From NCBI GenBank assembly GCA_947462765.1, contig CANHQK010000006.1, positions 3,616 through 67,615 on the forward strand: 64,000 nt of DNA, read 5' to 3'. The position numbers and the translations under genes are program-made. Within the stretch, counting starts at the first letter, position 1, and every line of letters starts with the position of its first letter. Source of the stretch: Bdellovibrionales bacterium (GTDB taxonomy: Bacteria; Bdellovibrionota; UBA1018; CAIMNF01). Shown here piece by piece: positions 32,075-42,061 of this stretch. The notes under the pieces were generated by a model. That model made no database searches. It was given only the letters and a program-made list of their open reading frames with translations, and had not been told where the DNA came from.

Positions 32075-33205
32075 TCATCTGGGCTTGCCCTCTTCCTCGC
32101 GGTTACGGCTATTCTGGTCCTGGAACAGGACTTTGTACTGGAGTGCGAAACGCGTGTCATAATAGGAGACGTCCTTGAAAGGGGTCGGATCCTTGTAGTA
32201 GGCCAGATTGATCTCACTCGATTCACTCCGGTAACCGAGACCTGCGCTAAACTGATTCCCGGTCATTCCTGCCCGAATCCCCACTGCAGGACTCAAACTG
32301 ATATCGAGTCCTAGATTCATCTTCTCAAGAAAAGGGACACTCACACGGTTGTTGATGTCCTTGTACTGCAGGTACCAATTTGATTTCACCTGCCCCGAAA
32401 TCCTCACCATCATGCCGAATGCCGCATCTACCGTCATTTCCTCGGTTGGAGGAACACCTGTTGGATTATTGGCACGGGGGAGCAAACTTCCCGCTGCATA
32501 CGTGACTCCACCGATGTTCCTCGCGACCAAGGACAAGGTTGGAAGATAAGTGAAGGGAAATGCGAAATTCACGGATGCCGTATGAGCAAGCCCTCTTCCC
32601 TCACTGAGACCAGAAAGAAAGCGAGCACCGGAGTCCGCAGTGGACTGCGTCGTTCCGGATGCGAGATTCACCAACTGCAGACTGTATCCGAGCCTCACCA
32701 CTCCGCGAGCCAATGAAAATCCGTATCCGAGGGCGGGTACAGCCAGACTGTTCGTTTCATAGTGCACATTGGTTCCATCCGAGTAGGCCCGGACCCGGTC
32801 CTGAATGAGCAACCCGACAGCGAATCCCCCCCAAGAGACAGCAGTCAGATTGCCGATCCCGCCCGAATAGAGGTAATTGATGTCCGAATTCAGCACATCA
32901 GTCAGAGTGCCGAGATTGAACATCTTCGTGGCCTGGGTCATGTCTCCGGCAACTCCCGAATTCACATCGAATTGAAGATTGAGGTACTCGGCCCTGAACT
33001 TGGTGTTCTTGGCCAGACCCGCCGGGTTATTAAATAGTGAGTTCCCCGTCTCATTCGTGAGTGGAAGCGTCACGCCTCCCATCGAATGACTGTAGGGACT
33101 CACATAACGGATTCCCGGATAGGAATATGGAATGGCGGATGCCTGCCGGGCCAAGCCTGTCAGGATGAGTCCGGTCATCATGAGTATTCCCCTACACGAC
33201 TTCAA
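32075..33205 (-). CDS. Outer-membrane beta-barrel protein (FadL/PorV/TraF-like)
   Basis: TTG start after ggaggt gives a signal peptide (ASA-I); SMGG...SLFNNPAGL motif; beta strands. Confidence 0.7.
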   Translation of the reverse strand: MKSCRGILMMTGLILTGLARQASAIPYSYPGIRYVSPYSHSMGGVTLPLTNETGNSLFNNPAGLAKNTKFRAEYLNLQFDVNSGVAGDMTQATKMFNLGTLTDVLNSDINYLYSGGIGNLTAVSWGGFAVGLLIQDRVRAYSDGTNVHYETNSLAVPALGYGFSLARGVVRLGYSLQLVNLASGTTQSTADSGARFLSGLSEGRGLAHTASVNFAFPFTYLPTLSLVARNIGGVTYAAGSLLPRANNPTGVPPTEEMTVDAAFGMMVRISGQVKSNWYLQYKDINNRVSVPFLEKMNLGLDISLSPAVGIRAGMTGNQFSAGLGYRSESSEINLAYYKDPTPFKDVSYYDTRFALQYKVLFQDQNSRNREEEGKPR

Positions 33206-33342
33206 GGATTCCACCTCCATTGTTCTCTTCGGCGGAATCGATCGAAACATTCAGCGTCAAAACGCTAGCGGCAAACTTTACCTACCCGCCCGCCAAATCC
33301 CTGACTCTATTGATCATTCGCACCCTGTGAGACACTCAAGAC

Positions 33343-33834
33343 ATGAACATCCTTTTCCAGACCAGAAATGGCATCCATGAGTTCCGCATCCAGGGCCCCA
33401 CCTCCAACGCGGATCTCGAAACCCTTCGATCGAGTCTTTATCGGTTCTTCGAAACATCTCCCCTTTTCACGGTCTTGGACCTGAGTGGTCTAGAGCCCGA
33501 TGAGTCACCCGTCGACCTTAAACGCCTGATCGAGGAAGCCAAGTCACTCGCTTCCTCCAAGGGTTTGCATTTCAAATGCGCGTGGAATGCATCAGAACTC
33601 GATGAAATCAGAAAACGCCTGGTCGAGTCGGCTCTAGAGGAACAAGTGAATGTTCTTCAGGCCAGACTCGAGCTTCGCGAAAAAATGCGGATGGATACCG
33701 AGAGACTCATGGAGGAGAACCGCAACCTTCGACGTACGGTCGAAGAAGAACTGAAGCGGATCGACCACCTGGGGGAAACCTCCCCTTGGTTCGGAACCCT
33801 CGCCAAAAGGCTTTGGAGTGAGCGGAACAAATGA
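33343..33834 (+). CDS. Hypothetical protein, STAS-like N-terminus plus coiled coil
   Basis: FRIQG...TVLDLSGL pattern; heptad-rich C-terminus. Confidence 0.55.
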   Translation: MNILFQTRNGIHEFRIQGPTSNADLETLRSSLYRFFETSPLFTVLDLSGLEPDESPVDLKRLIEEAKSLASSKGLHFKCAWNASELDEIRKRLVESALEEQVNVLQARLELREKMRMDTERLMEENRNLRRTVEEELKRIDHLGETSPWFGTLAKRLWSERNK

Positions 33835-33983
33835 GGGACCAGGAGTTGCTTCATACCCTGACCCGGATACTCGGATTGAGCCAGCCCCTTGATCCTGTGG
33901 AGAGTGAATTACTCCTCTCCGGACTTTCCCTGATTGCCGAAAGACTCTCAAATGCGACAGAAGATCCTGGTCATCGAGGATAA
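33831..33983 (+). CDS. Putative 50-aa small protein (not in ORF track)
   Basis: ATGA overlap with the upstream stop; MRDQELLHTLTRILGLSQPLDPVESELLLSGLSLIAERLSNATEDPGHRG. Confidence 0.45.
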   Translation: MRDQELLHTLTRILGLSQPLDPVESELLLSGLSLIAERLSNATEDPGHRG

Positions 33984-34626
33984 TCCCGACACACGACGGT
34001 TCCTCCAGGTCATGCTGGGCCGGGAATTTGAAGTTCTAGTCGCAGAAAACGGCTTAGAAGGGATCGATCTTGCGCGCGCTAAGCTTCCCGACCTCATCGT
34101 CCTCGATGTGATCATGCCGGTCTTGAATGGCTATGATACCTGCAAGCGCTTGAAGTCGGATCCCGAGACACAATCGATTCCGGTGATCTTTCTTTCTGGA
34201 AAGAACACGACTGCAGAAATCACCTATGGTCTGTCCATGGGGGCGGAGGACTACCTGCCGAAGCCTTTCGACCATCGGGAGCTGATGACCAGAATCAAAT
34301 CACGCCTATTGCGATCGAAGACCGCCACATCACCAAAAGTGAGGGTGGGAAAACTCGAGATCGACCCCATCAACCGCACCGCGAACTACAACGATCAACT
34401 TGTCCCCCTGACTCTCACTGAATACGATATCCTCCGCCTCCTCGCATCCCGAAACGGCGTGGTTGTTTCACGCTCGGAAATCATGAAGGAGATCTGGAAA
34501 GATTCGGCACCGGCTACCACCGACCGTACCATCGATGTTCACATCCGATCCCTCAGAAAAAAAATCCCTGAAATGAATGTCCACATCCAAAGTGTGTACG
34601 GAGTGGGTTACAAATACCTTCCCTAA
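33952..34626 (+). CDS. OmpR/PhoB-family response regulator
   Basis: VIEDN, VLDVIMP, PKPF, LTLTEY, RTIDVHIRSLRKK, SVYGVGY. Confidence 0.95.
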   Translation: MRQKILVIEDNPDTRRFLQVMLGREFEVLVAENGLEGIDLARAKLPDLIVLDVIMPVLNGYDTCKRLKSDPETQSIPVIFLSGKNTTAEITYGLSMGAEDYLPKPFDHRELMTRIKSRLLRSKTATSPKVRVGKLEIDPINRTANYNDQLVPLTLTEYDILRLLASRNGVVVSRSEIMKEIWKDSAPATTDRTIDVHIRSLRKKIPEMNVHIQSVYGVGYKYLP

Positions 34627-36602
34627 CGACGATTGCTCGCCGGACTCCTCACAGGCTCAAGTGCGATCCCGTTCTTGACCAGGCGGTCCCCTTCTTTGAT
34701 CTCGATCTGAAACGATTTCTCTACGTTCAGCGTCTCATTCCGCACCGTCACCCGGTAATGCCCGACCGGGAGCTTTTCCTGGTAGACTGGGGTCTTCAAA
34801 AGCAACGGCTTGGATGAATTCCCTGAAGTTCCCTGATCCAGATTGACGATGCTGACATCGGCAATCTCGGGCTGGGTCGAAAGAGTGAAGGTTCCGTAAA
34901 CCATCGGATCAAGCTTCACATCCATGATGTAGTCACGTGTAGGGCTCAGATCAGCCTGCTTGACGGTGAACTCTTTGCGGTAAGTCACGAATCCGGGACG
35001 CTCGATCACCAGTTCCACCGGCTCATCCAAATTCAACTTCATGAAGCCCTTATTGGGATCGAACGGCGCTGAGTTCACTGAAATTCTCGTTTTGGAAAGA
35101 TCCCCGTCAGGGAAAATCTTCACTCTCAGGTTCGCCTTACTCGTAAACGGGTTCTGCACCGTCGGAGTCTGATCTTCGATCGGTACCGAGTCCGGCTTAC
35201 GATCTACCGGATTGAAGTGCTCGAAGGCAAAGAAGCCTCCGATCGCAAGCATGGCCGCACCCCCGAGAAGCTTTAAAATCCCGCCTCCCCCGGCCGACTC
35301 CCTTACGGGCTCGACCGGCGCTGGACGCCGGATACCGGTGTTGGTGCCCCTACTCACTGGTGCCGCCGAACGGATTCCGGTCTGGGTGTTCGGCTTCGAT
35401 GCCGACGGGACCCTCATTTGATTCTGGGGCTGACGGGCGATCTCGACCCGATCCGCCGAAGTGATCTGGGACTTCTCGAACTTGTCACCCAAATTACTGA
35501 CTCGCGTTTGCTCGCGGGTCGTCTCCTTAGGCTGGACACCCGAATCCGTCACAGCCTCGGATACTGGAGCCGGTTTAGCCTGTGCCTGACTTCCGAGGGC
35601 GATCAACTCATCCGCCCGGGAGTTCAACTGTTGGAGCTGTTTGCGGTCTTCCACAATCAGATCGTGAAAAAGCTTTTTTACGAAAATAGAAAGATCGGAA
35701 GGGCCGAAGTCGGAATATTCCACTGCGAGCAGTTTCCGCAGGGCTCGTCCCATTTCCTCGCCGTTTTGGAAACGCTTTTTCGGATCACGGGCGAGAGCCT
35801 GCATGACCACCGCATCGAGATCTTTCGAAATCTCCGGATTGAAAGTCGAAGGTGGCTTCACATAGGTGGTGCAACTTTCGATCATCTTCAAAACCTGGAA
35901 CTCATTGTCCCCATCGGCGACAAACAGTCGCTTACCGGTGAGCAGTTCCCAGAGCACGATACCGAGCGCGAAGATGTCCGAACGTCCGTCGAGGACATCA
36001 CCCATCACCTGCTCAGGCGAGAGATAACTGAGTTTACCCTTGATCACCCCGGCTCGCGTTGCTTCTCCGTTGGTCGCCGCCTTGGCGATACCGAAATCGA
36101 TCACTTTGATGTTCCCGTCATAGGAGACCAGGATGTTCTGAGGACTCACATCGCGGTGAACCAGATTCAATGGCTCTCCGGTGATCCTGTCCTTGAACTG
36201 ATGGGCATAGTTCAAGCCCGCAGCGGCCTGTTCGATGATGAAGCAAGATGCGGGAATCGGAATCCGTTGTTGCTTCTGGGAAATCTTGGAAAGCACCTGG
36301 CGGAGGTTCCGCCCCTCGACCAGCTCCATGGCGATATAATGCTGACCGGAGTCCTCACCGGACTCGTACAACTGAACGATGTTCGGATGGGAGAATCGCA
36401 TGGTCACCTGGACTTCGGCGCGGAACATCTGCACGAACTCCTGGTTGTTACTGTAAGCACCCTGAATCCGCTTGATGACGATGAAACGGCCATTCGCATC
36501 GGCCGTGGCCATACGGGCACGGAAAATCTCGGCCATCCCGCCTTCACCGATCCGGTCGAGCAGGAAATACTTCCCGAATTTTTTGAGGACTGATTCGCTC
36601 AT
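34623..36602 (-). CDS. Hanks-type Ser/Thr kinase with TM segment and PEGA-like periplasmic domains
   Basis: GEGGMAE, HRDVSPQN, DFGIAK, GKLSYLSPEQ; TM segment; C-terminal PVGHYRVTV. Confidence 0.94.
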   Translation of the reverse strand: MSESVLKKFGKYFLLDRIGEGGMAEIFRARMATADANGRFIVIKRIQGAYSNNQEFVQMFRAEVQVTMRFSHPNIVQLYESGEDSGQHYIAMELVEGRNLRQVLSKISQKQQRIPIPASCFIIEQAAAGLNYAHQFKDRITGEPLNLVHRDVSPQNILVSYDGNIKVIDFGIAKAATNGEATRAGVIKGKLSYLSPEQVMGDVLDGRSDIFALGIVLWELLTGKRLFVADGDNEFQVLKMIESCTTYVKPPSTFNPEISKDLDAVVMQALARDPKKRFQNGEEMGRALRKLLAVEYSDFGPSDLSIFVKKLFHDLIVEDRKQLQQLNSRADELIALGSQAQAKPAPVSEAVTDSGVQPKETTREQTRVSNLGDKFEKSQITSADRVEIARQPQNQMRVPSASKPNTQTGIRSAAPVSRGTNTGIRRPAPVEPVRESAGGGGILKLLGGAAMLAIGGFFAFEHFNPVDRKPDSVPIEDQTPTVQNPFTSKANLRVKIFPDGDLSKTRISVNSAPFDPNKGFMKLNLDEPVELVIERPGFVTYRKEFTVKQADLSPTRDYIMDVKLDPMVYGTFTLSTQPEIADVSIVNLDQGTSGNSSKPLLLKTPVYQEKLPVGHYRVTVRNETLNVEKSFQIEIKEGDRLVKNGIALEPVRSPASNRR

Positions 36603-36652
36603 AAAGTGATGTACCCTCGTCAAAGTCTGATCGGCAGATCGCACCAAAAACT

Positions 36653-37108
36653 TTAACGCTCTTCTGAGGCCGGAGTCGGAGACGGCAAGGGCTTGAATTT
36701 AATGGCGATTCCCTGCAGAAGCACCTCCCCCTCCGCACCATCGTCCGAACATTCTGCACGGGGGTAGAACTCGAGCTTACCGTCCAACAGCAAGACCACC
36801 GAACGAACCTTGATCACAGCATCCGCACCCGCCTTGTGGGCCTCGTCGAGCAGAGATTTGGCCGCTTTATTGAAATAATTCCGGCACAAACGGGGAGAGT
36901 TCGGATCCTGATCCAAGGTGGACCAAGTGGCCTTTGACTTCACCCAGCCGAGCGGCTGATAAGGCCGCCCGGAGTCTTTTCCCTCCGGTTCCTCAATATA
37001 AACACGCTCTCTCGGAAACCGATAACGGGCGTGCCGCTCCGGAAGCATGTCCGGAGTCCCAGCGCAGGAGGTGAGAAGCAAAAGCCAGATCGGGGCTTTA
37101 CGGCTCAA
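36653..37108 (-). CDS. Lipoprotein with YbjQ/heavy-metal-binding-like domain
   Basis: Lipobox LTSC; PYQPLGWV, LLDEAHKAGADAVI, LQGIAIK. Confidence 0.7.
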   Translation of the reverse strand: MSRKAPIWLLLLTSCAGTPDMLPERHARYRFPRERVYIEEPEGKDSGRPYQPLGWVKSKATWSTLDQDPNSPRLCRNYFNKAAKSLLDEAHKAGADAVIKVRSVVLLLDGKLEFYPRAECSDDGAEGEVLLQGIAIKFKPLPSPTPASEER

Positions 37109-38252
37109 AATACTTGTACTCTTGATCCCGGTAATTCCGGAGCGTCCACTCCTTGCCTTCCTGCCCCATCACATATTTGGGCAGAAGAGGGATCTTGCCA
37201 CCGCCACCCGGGGCATCGATCACGAAATGAGGAACCGCCATTCCGGAGGTCCAGCCACGAAGGGCCTTGATGATCTCGAGACCCTTTTCGACCGGGGTTC
37301 TGAAATGACTGATGCCCTGGGAAAGATCCGCCTGGAACATGTAGTAGGGCCGTACGCGAGCCATCAGGAGTTTGTGGTTGAGCTCCATCACGGTTTTCGG
37401 GTCGTCGTTCACCCCTTTCAGCAACACCATCTGGTTGTTGATCACACAACCCGCATCGGCAAGCTTCGCACAGGCATCGAATGCCTCACGGGTCAGCTCC
37501 TTGGGATGATTGAAGTGGGTGTGGATGAAAACGGGTTGGTACTTCTTCAACATTTTGCAGAAGTCGTCCGTGATCCGCTGTGGAAGGGTCACCAGGTTCC
37601 GGGTCCCGATCCGGAAAATCTCGATATGATCCATCGCCCGGAGACGGGAGAGGATGTACTCGATCCGGTCATCCGAATTCGAGAGCGCATCACCGCCGGA
37701 AATCACGACATCGCGGATGCTCTTGGTCCGTTCGATGTAAGCAAGACCTTCTTCGAGAGTCTTGGCTGAAGTAGCGGAATCAGGATCGGCCACTTTTCTT
37801 TTCCGGGTACAGTGGCGGCAGTACATCGCACAGTTGTGGGTGGTGTAAAACAGCACACGGTCAGGATAACGGTGAGTCACACCGGGTACGGGCATATCCC
37901 GCTCCTCGGCCAGCGGATCTTCCAGATCCTCCGGAGCGATATGCAATTCGCCCTTACCGGGAACAGACTGAAGACGGATCGGACAGTTCGGGTCGTCCTT
38001 GTCCATGAGAGCCGCGTAGTACGGAGTGATCCCCATGTTGAACATCTCATGGGACTGCGCGAACGCTTCACGCTCGTCTGCGGTCGGGTTGATGACCTTT
38101 TCGAGCTGTTCCATCGTTTTGATGCGCTTCTGTTGTTGCCAGATCCAGTTGTTCCAATCCCGTTCCGGGGCATCCGCCCACAGATCGGGGCGGGGGGCGG
38201 CTTCGAATCGACGTTCACGAATGGTATTGACTGTCTTGATCTCGTATCCCAT
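37098..38252 (-). CDS. KamA-family radical SAM PLP aminomutase (lysine 2,3-aminomutase-like)
   Basis: THRYPDR, CAMYCRHCTRKR, SGGD, HFNHP, DAPGGGGK. Confidence 0.93.
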   Translation of the reverse strand: MGYEIKTVNTIRERRFEAAPRPDLWADAPERDWNNWIWQQQKRIKTMEQLEKVINPTADEREAFAQSHEMFNMGITPYYAALMDKDDPNCPIRLQSVPGKGELHIAPEDLEDPLAEERDMPVPGVTHRYPDRVLFYTTHNCAMYCRHCTRKRKVADPDSATSAKTLEEGLAYIERTKSIRDVVISGGDALSNSDDRIEYILSRLRAMDHIEIFRIGTRNLVTLPQRITDDFCKMLKKYQPVFIHTHFNHPKELTREAFDACAKLADAGCVINNQMVLLKGVNDDPKTVMELNHKLLMARVRPYYMFQADLSQGISHFRTPVEKGLEIIKALRGWTSGMAVPHFVIDAPGGGGKIPLLPKYVMGQEGKEWTLRNYRDQEYKYFEP

Positions 38253-38393
38253 GCCGGCATCTTGCCCGAGACCCGCCGTGAATTCAAGGAAAAAGCCCTC
38301 TGATGACGCGGAAGTTCGGGAGTTAAGAATACGAGATTTAAGGATTTTTATCGCAGCATCCCTTCACCCCTCGATCATGATAGTCTCGGCAAT

Positions 38394-39938
38394 ATGCACG
38401 ATGATTCGACAGGCGCTCTCGCGAATCCCGCGGTACTGGATGACGAGAATCTCTCAGAGAGTTTTCCCGGCCCCTGCGCCCCGATCACGAGGGATGTGAT
38501 TCTCCGGATTTACCCTCCCCTCGCCCGTACCCTGGCCCGTTCCGCGGGCCTTCCGGAACCGGCATCGCCCGTGGTGTTTCATGAGGGCCGTGCCTTTTAT
38601 TCCGTGTCGTCCCTGTCGAACCTGCTCCGGATCGGACCGAGTGTCGCAAGGAAACTCCTGCTCCCGACCGCCTCCTTTCGCCCCGCTCTTCGGAGCCTTT
38701 GGCCACTGATCCGTGATCTAACCTCAACCTTACGGAAGGTAGAGGACCGGGAGATCAAATTTATCAGGGAACTCGACTTATTCTTGAAAAACGAGCGCGA
38801 CCGGTTCGAAACGGTTCGGGAGTGGAATGAACTGAGGGACTCACTCCTCCCCTTCATCGACGAAACGCGCCGGCGCTTCGAACCGACTCTTCAGATCGAT
38901 ATCCTGGCGCTTTTTCTGGATGACTTCTACCGCTGGCTGGGCAGAACACCTCAAGTCCGGAGTGATCCCCTAACCGCTTCCTGCTTGAGAAGCATGCGTC
39001 ATTTGAGAAACGCGATCAACCAAGACTCGGCCGCACGGGACTACCTGCTCTCTTGTGCTGGTACCGGACATTATTCTCCAGCCATGTTGCGTCTCCGGAA
39101 CGACGATATCGCTCACCTGCTGAATGATTTTCTGGATGAATTCGGGGATCGTTGTCCGGGAGAGCTGAAGCTGGAAACACGAAGTTATCGTGAATATCCC
39201 GAACTTTTTCTCCCTGTTCTACTGGGCGGGAATGAACCGAAAAAGGTGAGTCCGGAGAATCAGTCCACGCGTGGCTGGATTCCGAATTGGCTCGAGCGGA
39301 AATTCGCCTCACTTCTTTCTTTCAGACAAAGTTCCCGTTGGATGAGGGCACGGGCGTTCGGTGTTCTCCGGGAGCGTTTGCTCAAGATGGGCAGTCTGCT
39401 CGAAGAAAAAGGAGCGGTGGAATCGAGGGAGGATGTGTTTTTCTTCCATCTCGAAGAATTGCTCCGGATGGAAAGCGCCGAAGGAAAACACCGGGATCTG
39501 GTGATGGACAGAAGGGTGATTCATTTTGATCAGGGAGAAATCACCGTGGCCGGCAGACTTCGAGCAGACGGCCGAGGGAACTGGGCTCCTGAATCTGACA
39601 CCGGGACGCCAGCCGTGCTGGGACTGAATTCGGTCACGCAACCCATGGAGGGCGAGGTACTCCTGGTACCCCGTGAAGATCTCATTCAGGAAACACCGGA
39701 ATCCATTCGTGGCAAGATCCTGGTCATGCACGCGGCCGGCCCGGGGCTGGTCCACCTCCTGCCGTGGGTGGGCGGACTCATTTCTGAAACCGGATCAGCA
39801 CTATCGCACGCTTCGATTCTCTGCAGGGAATTCGGGATCCCCGTGATTTACGGGGCAAAGGGTGCTCTGGAAAAACTCCGCTCCGGACAAAGAGTCCGAT
39901 GTTCACCGGGAAGCCGAATCATCCAACCCATCGGCTGA
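38394..39938 (+). CDS. PEP-utilising/rifampicin-phosphotransferase-like protein lacking the ATP-grasp domain
   Basis: NLSESFPG..P motif, FGDRCPGELKLE, EDVFFFHLEEL, ETGSALSHASILCREFGIP phospho-His domain. Confidence 0.8.
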   Translation: MHDDSTGALANPAVLDDENLSESFPGPCAPITRDVILRIYPPLARTLARSAGLPEPASPVVFHEGRAFYSVSSLSNLLRIGPSVARKLLLPTASFRPALRSLWPLIRDLTSTLRKVEDREIKFIRELDLFLKNERDRFETVREWNELRDSLLPFIDETRRRFEPTLQIDILALFLDDFYRWLGRTPQVRSDPLTASCLRSMRHLRNAINQDSAARDYLLSCAGTGHYSPAMLRLRNDDIAHLLNDFLDEFGDRCPGELKLETRSYREYPELFLPVLLGGNEPKKVSPENQSTRGWIPNWLERKFASLLSFRQSSRWMRARAFGVLRERLLKMGSLLEEKGAVESREDVFFFHLEELLRMESAEGKHRDLVMDRRVIHFDQGEITVAGRLRADGRGNWAPESDTGTPAVLGLNSVTQPMEGEVLLVPREDLIQETPESIRGKILVMHAAGPGLVHLLPWVGGLISETGSALSHASILCREFGIPVIYGAKGALEKLRSGQRVRCSPGSRIIQPIG

Positions 39939-41790
39939 GCAAGGAAAAGGTGATCCAAGAGGCTCCATAAGCGAGGGCGAACAGGTAAATCGTCATGAAT
40001 ACGGCGTGCTTGGTACCTTGGAGTTCACGGCGAACCGTTGCCAATGTGGACAGACACATCGGTGCGAAAATGAACCAGACCAAAAGAGAAACGCCGGTGG
40101 CAACGCCCCATTCTTTCCGGAGCACCTCCCCGAGATCTGCAGACTCTCCAGGACCGTTCCTACCCTCCACCGCATAAACCGTGGCCAGGGTGCTGACCAT
40201 CACTTCCCTTGCGGCAAAAGTGGGGACCAAGGCCATACCGATCCTCCAGTCGAAGCCGAGGGGACTCAATACCGGCTCGAGGGTCTTCCCGATCCGCCCG
40301 GCGTAGGTGGACTCGATCGGCAGTGCGGACCCATTGTCAGCACGAGGAAAACTCAACAAACCCCAGATCAGGACCGAGAGCACCAGGATGACGGTCCCTA
40401 CCCGTACGAGGAAAAGCCTTGCCCGGTACAACAGCCCTTTCAACAAGCTACGGAATGAGGGGCGCTTGTACGAAGGCAACTCGATCAGAAGTGGAGGGCG
40501 CCCCTTCTTGAATAGCAGTTTTTTCAATATGGCTCCGACCGCGAGTGCAGTCACCAGACCGACCCCATACAATCCAAGCATGACCAGCCCCTGCAACCTC
40601 ATCCCCCCGAAGACCTCGGAGTTCGGGACAAACGCTGAGATCAGCAAGGTGTACACCGGCAACCTTGCCGAACAGGTGGTGAGCGGAATGATCCAGGTGG
40701 TGATGATCCTGTCCCGACGCTCTTCCATGGTCCGAGTCGCCATGATGCCTGGAACGGCGCATGCGTAGCTCGACAAAAGAGGCAAAAATGCGCGTCCATG
40801 CAGCCCCACCTTGCCCATGAGGTGATCCAGAATGAAAACCGCACGGGCCATGAATCCCACATCCTCTAGCAAAAGGATCATTGCGAACAGGATCAGGATC
40901 TGAGGCAGAAACACCAGGGTCCCCCCCACTCCCGCCAACACCCCGTCGGAAATAAAACTCCGTACCAATTCAGGAAGCGCACTCTCGTTGACCGTGGACT
41001 GGATTCCCGAAATCACCCCTTCGATCAAGTCCATCGGCCACTGCGCCAGATTGAACATGAGTTGGAAAGTCAAACCGAGCATGGCCACCAGAATGATCAA
41101 CCCCCAAACCGGGTGCAGAACGATCCGGTCGATCTGACGCGAGCGCGCATCAGGATCCCCGGCACGTAAGAGCACACCCTTCTTGATCTCATCCGCCCGC
41201 TTGTAAAAATCGAGAATCCGGCGGGAGGACTGCTCTCTGGTCTCGTTTGCATCGGGAGGTGAGAAAAACACGTGCTTCTCACGACGAGGGCCATTCACGG
41301 CCTTTTCGAGCAAATGAGTCAGGGCCTTCAAACCTGTTTTCCGGATGGCGGAACAGGAGACGATCGGAACCCCGGTTTCGGTCTCAAATCTGGAAAGATC
41401 GAATTGAAACCCTCTCGACTCTGCGAGGTCCATCATATTGAGAGCGATCACACATGGAATGGAAGTCGTATCGAGAACTTCCAGAATGAAACGGATGGAA
41501 CGTTCCGGCTGGGTGGCGTCCGCAACGAGAATCATGCCATCGTATTCCTGCCCTGCAAGGGCTCGGGCCAGCACCCCCTCATCCTCGGTATAGGGTCTGA
41601 GACTGTAGGCGCCGGGAAGATCCACCAAAACCGAAACCTCCCCGCTGGGGAGGCGCAAATCAGCCTCTGCGCTTTCGACCGTCACACCACTGTAATTCGC
41701 TGTTCTCTGATGGGAGCGAGTCAGCGCATTGAATAAAGCTGTCTTCCCGGCATTCGGGGTCCCGACGAGGGCAATCCGCTTCCTGCTCAC
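39919..41790 (-). CDS. feoB: Ferrous iron transporter FeoB
   Basis: GTPNAGKT, NYSGVTVE, DLPG, NMMD, CSARLPVY. Confidence 0.95.
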   Translation of the reverse strand: MSRKRIALVGTPNAGKTALFNALTRSHQRTANYSGVTVESAEADLRLPSGEVSVLVDLPGAYSLRPYTEDEGVLARALAGQEYDGMILVADATQPERSIRFILEVLDTTSIPCVIALNMMDLAESRGFQFDLSRFETETGVPIVSCSAIRKTGLKALTHLLEKAVNGPRREKHVFFSPPDANETREQSSRRILDFYKRADEIKKGVLLRAGDPDARSRQIDRIVLHPVWGLIILVAMLGLTFQLMFNLAQWPMDLIEGVISGIQSTVNESALPELVRSFISDGVLAGVGGTLVFLPQILILFAMILLLEDVGFMARAVFILDHLMGKVGLHGRAFLPLLSSYACAVPGIMATRTMEERRDRIITTWIIPLTTCSARLPVYTLLISAFVPNSEVFGGMRLQGLVMLGLYGVGLVTALAVGAILKKLLFKKGRPPLLIELPSYKRPSFRSLLKGLLYRARLFLVRVGTVILVLSVLIWGLLSFPRADNGSALPIESTYAGRIGKTLEPVLSPLGFDWRIGMALVPTFAAREVMVSTLATVYAVEGRNGPGESADLGEVLRKEWGVATGVSLLVWFIFAPMCLSTLATVRRELQGTKHAVFMTIYLFALAYGASWITFSLLSRWVG

Positions 41791-42023
41791 GGCAACTCCC
41801 TCATGACGAGGATCCTTGCCGCCTCACGCTTACGGATCGCATAAACACCCTCCATCACCTGGACGCTGAGCGGATCGCTGCCGAACGGGGAGACATTCAA
41901 AACCTCGATGCGTTCGCCCGGTAGAAAACCCACCTCAAGCAGCCGCAGAAAAAAAGGCTCCGCCTGGGCATCTGAATCGAACCCCAGTATGCGTCCAGCC
42001 TCTCCGGGGCGGAGACTGGACAA
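41787..42023 (-). CDS. feoA: FeoA (start uncertain: TTG 42023 or ATG 42053)
   Basis: LRPGE, RLLEVGFLPG, SPFGSDP, AIRKREA. Confidence 0.9.
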   Translation of the reverse strand: MSSLRPGEAGRILGFDSDAQAEPFFLRLLEVGFLPGERIEVLNVSPFGSDPLSVQVMEGVYAIRKREAARILVMRELP

Positions 42024-42040
42024 AGGCGCGGAATCCTCTT

Positions 42041-42061
42041 TGTTGAGAATCATTCTCAACA
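42041..42061. promoter_or_regulatory. Fur-like operator upstream of feoAB
   Basis: Perfect 10-1-10 palindrome TGTTGAGAAT-C-ATTCTCAACA at the -10 of a TTGACG-N17-TAACTG promoter (minus strand). Confidence 0.85.
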
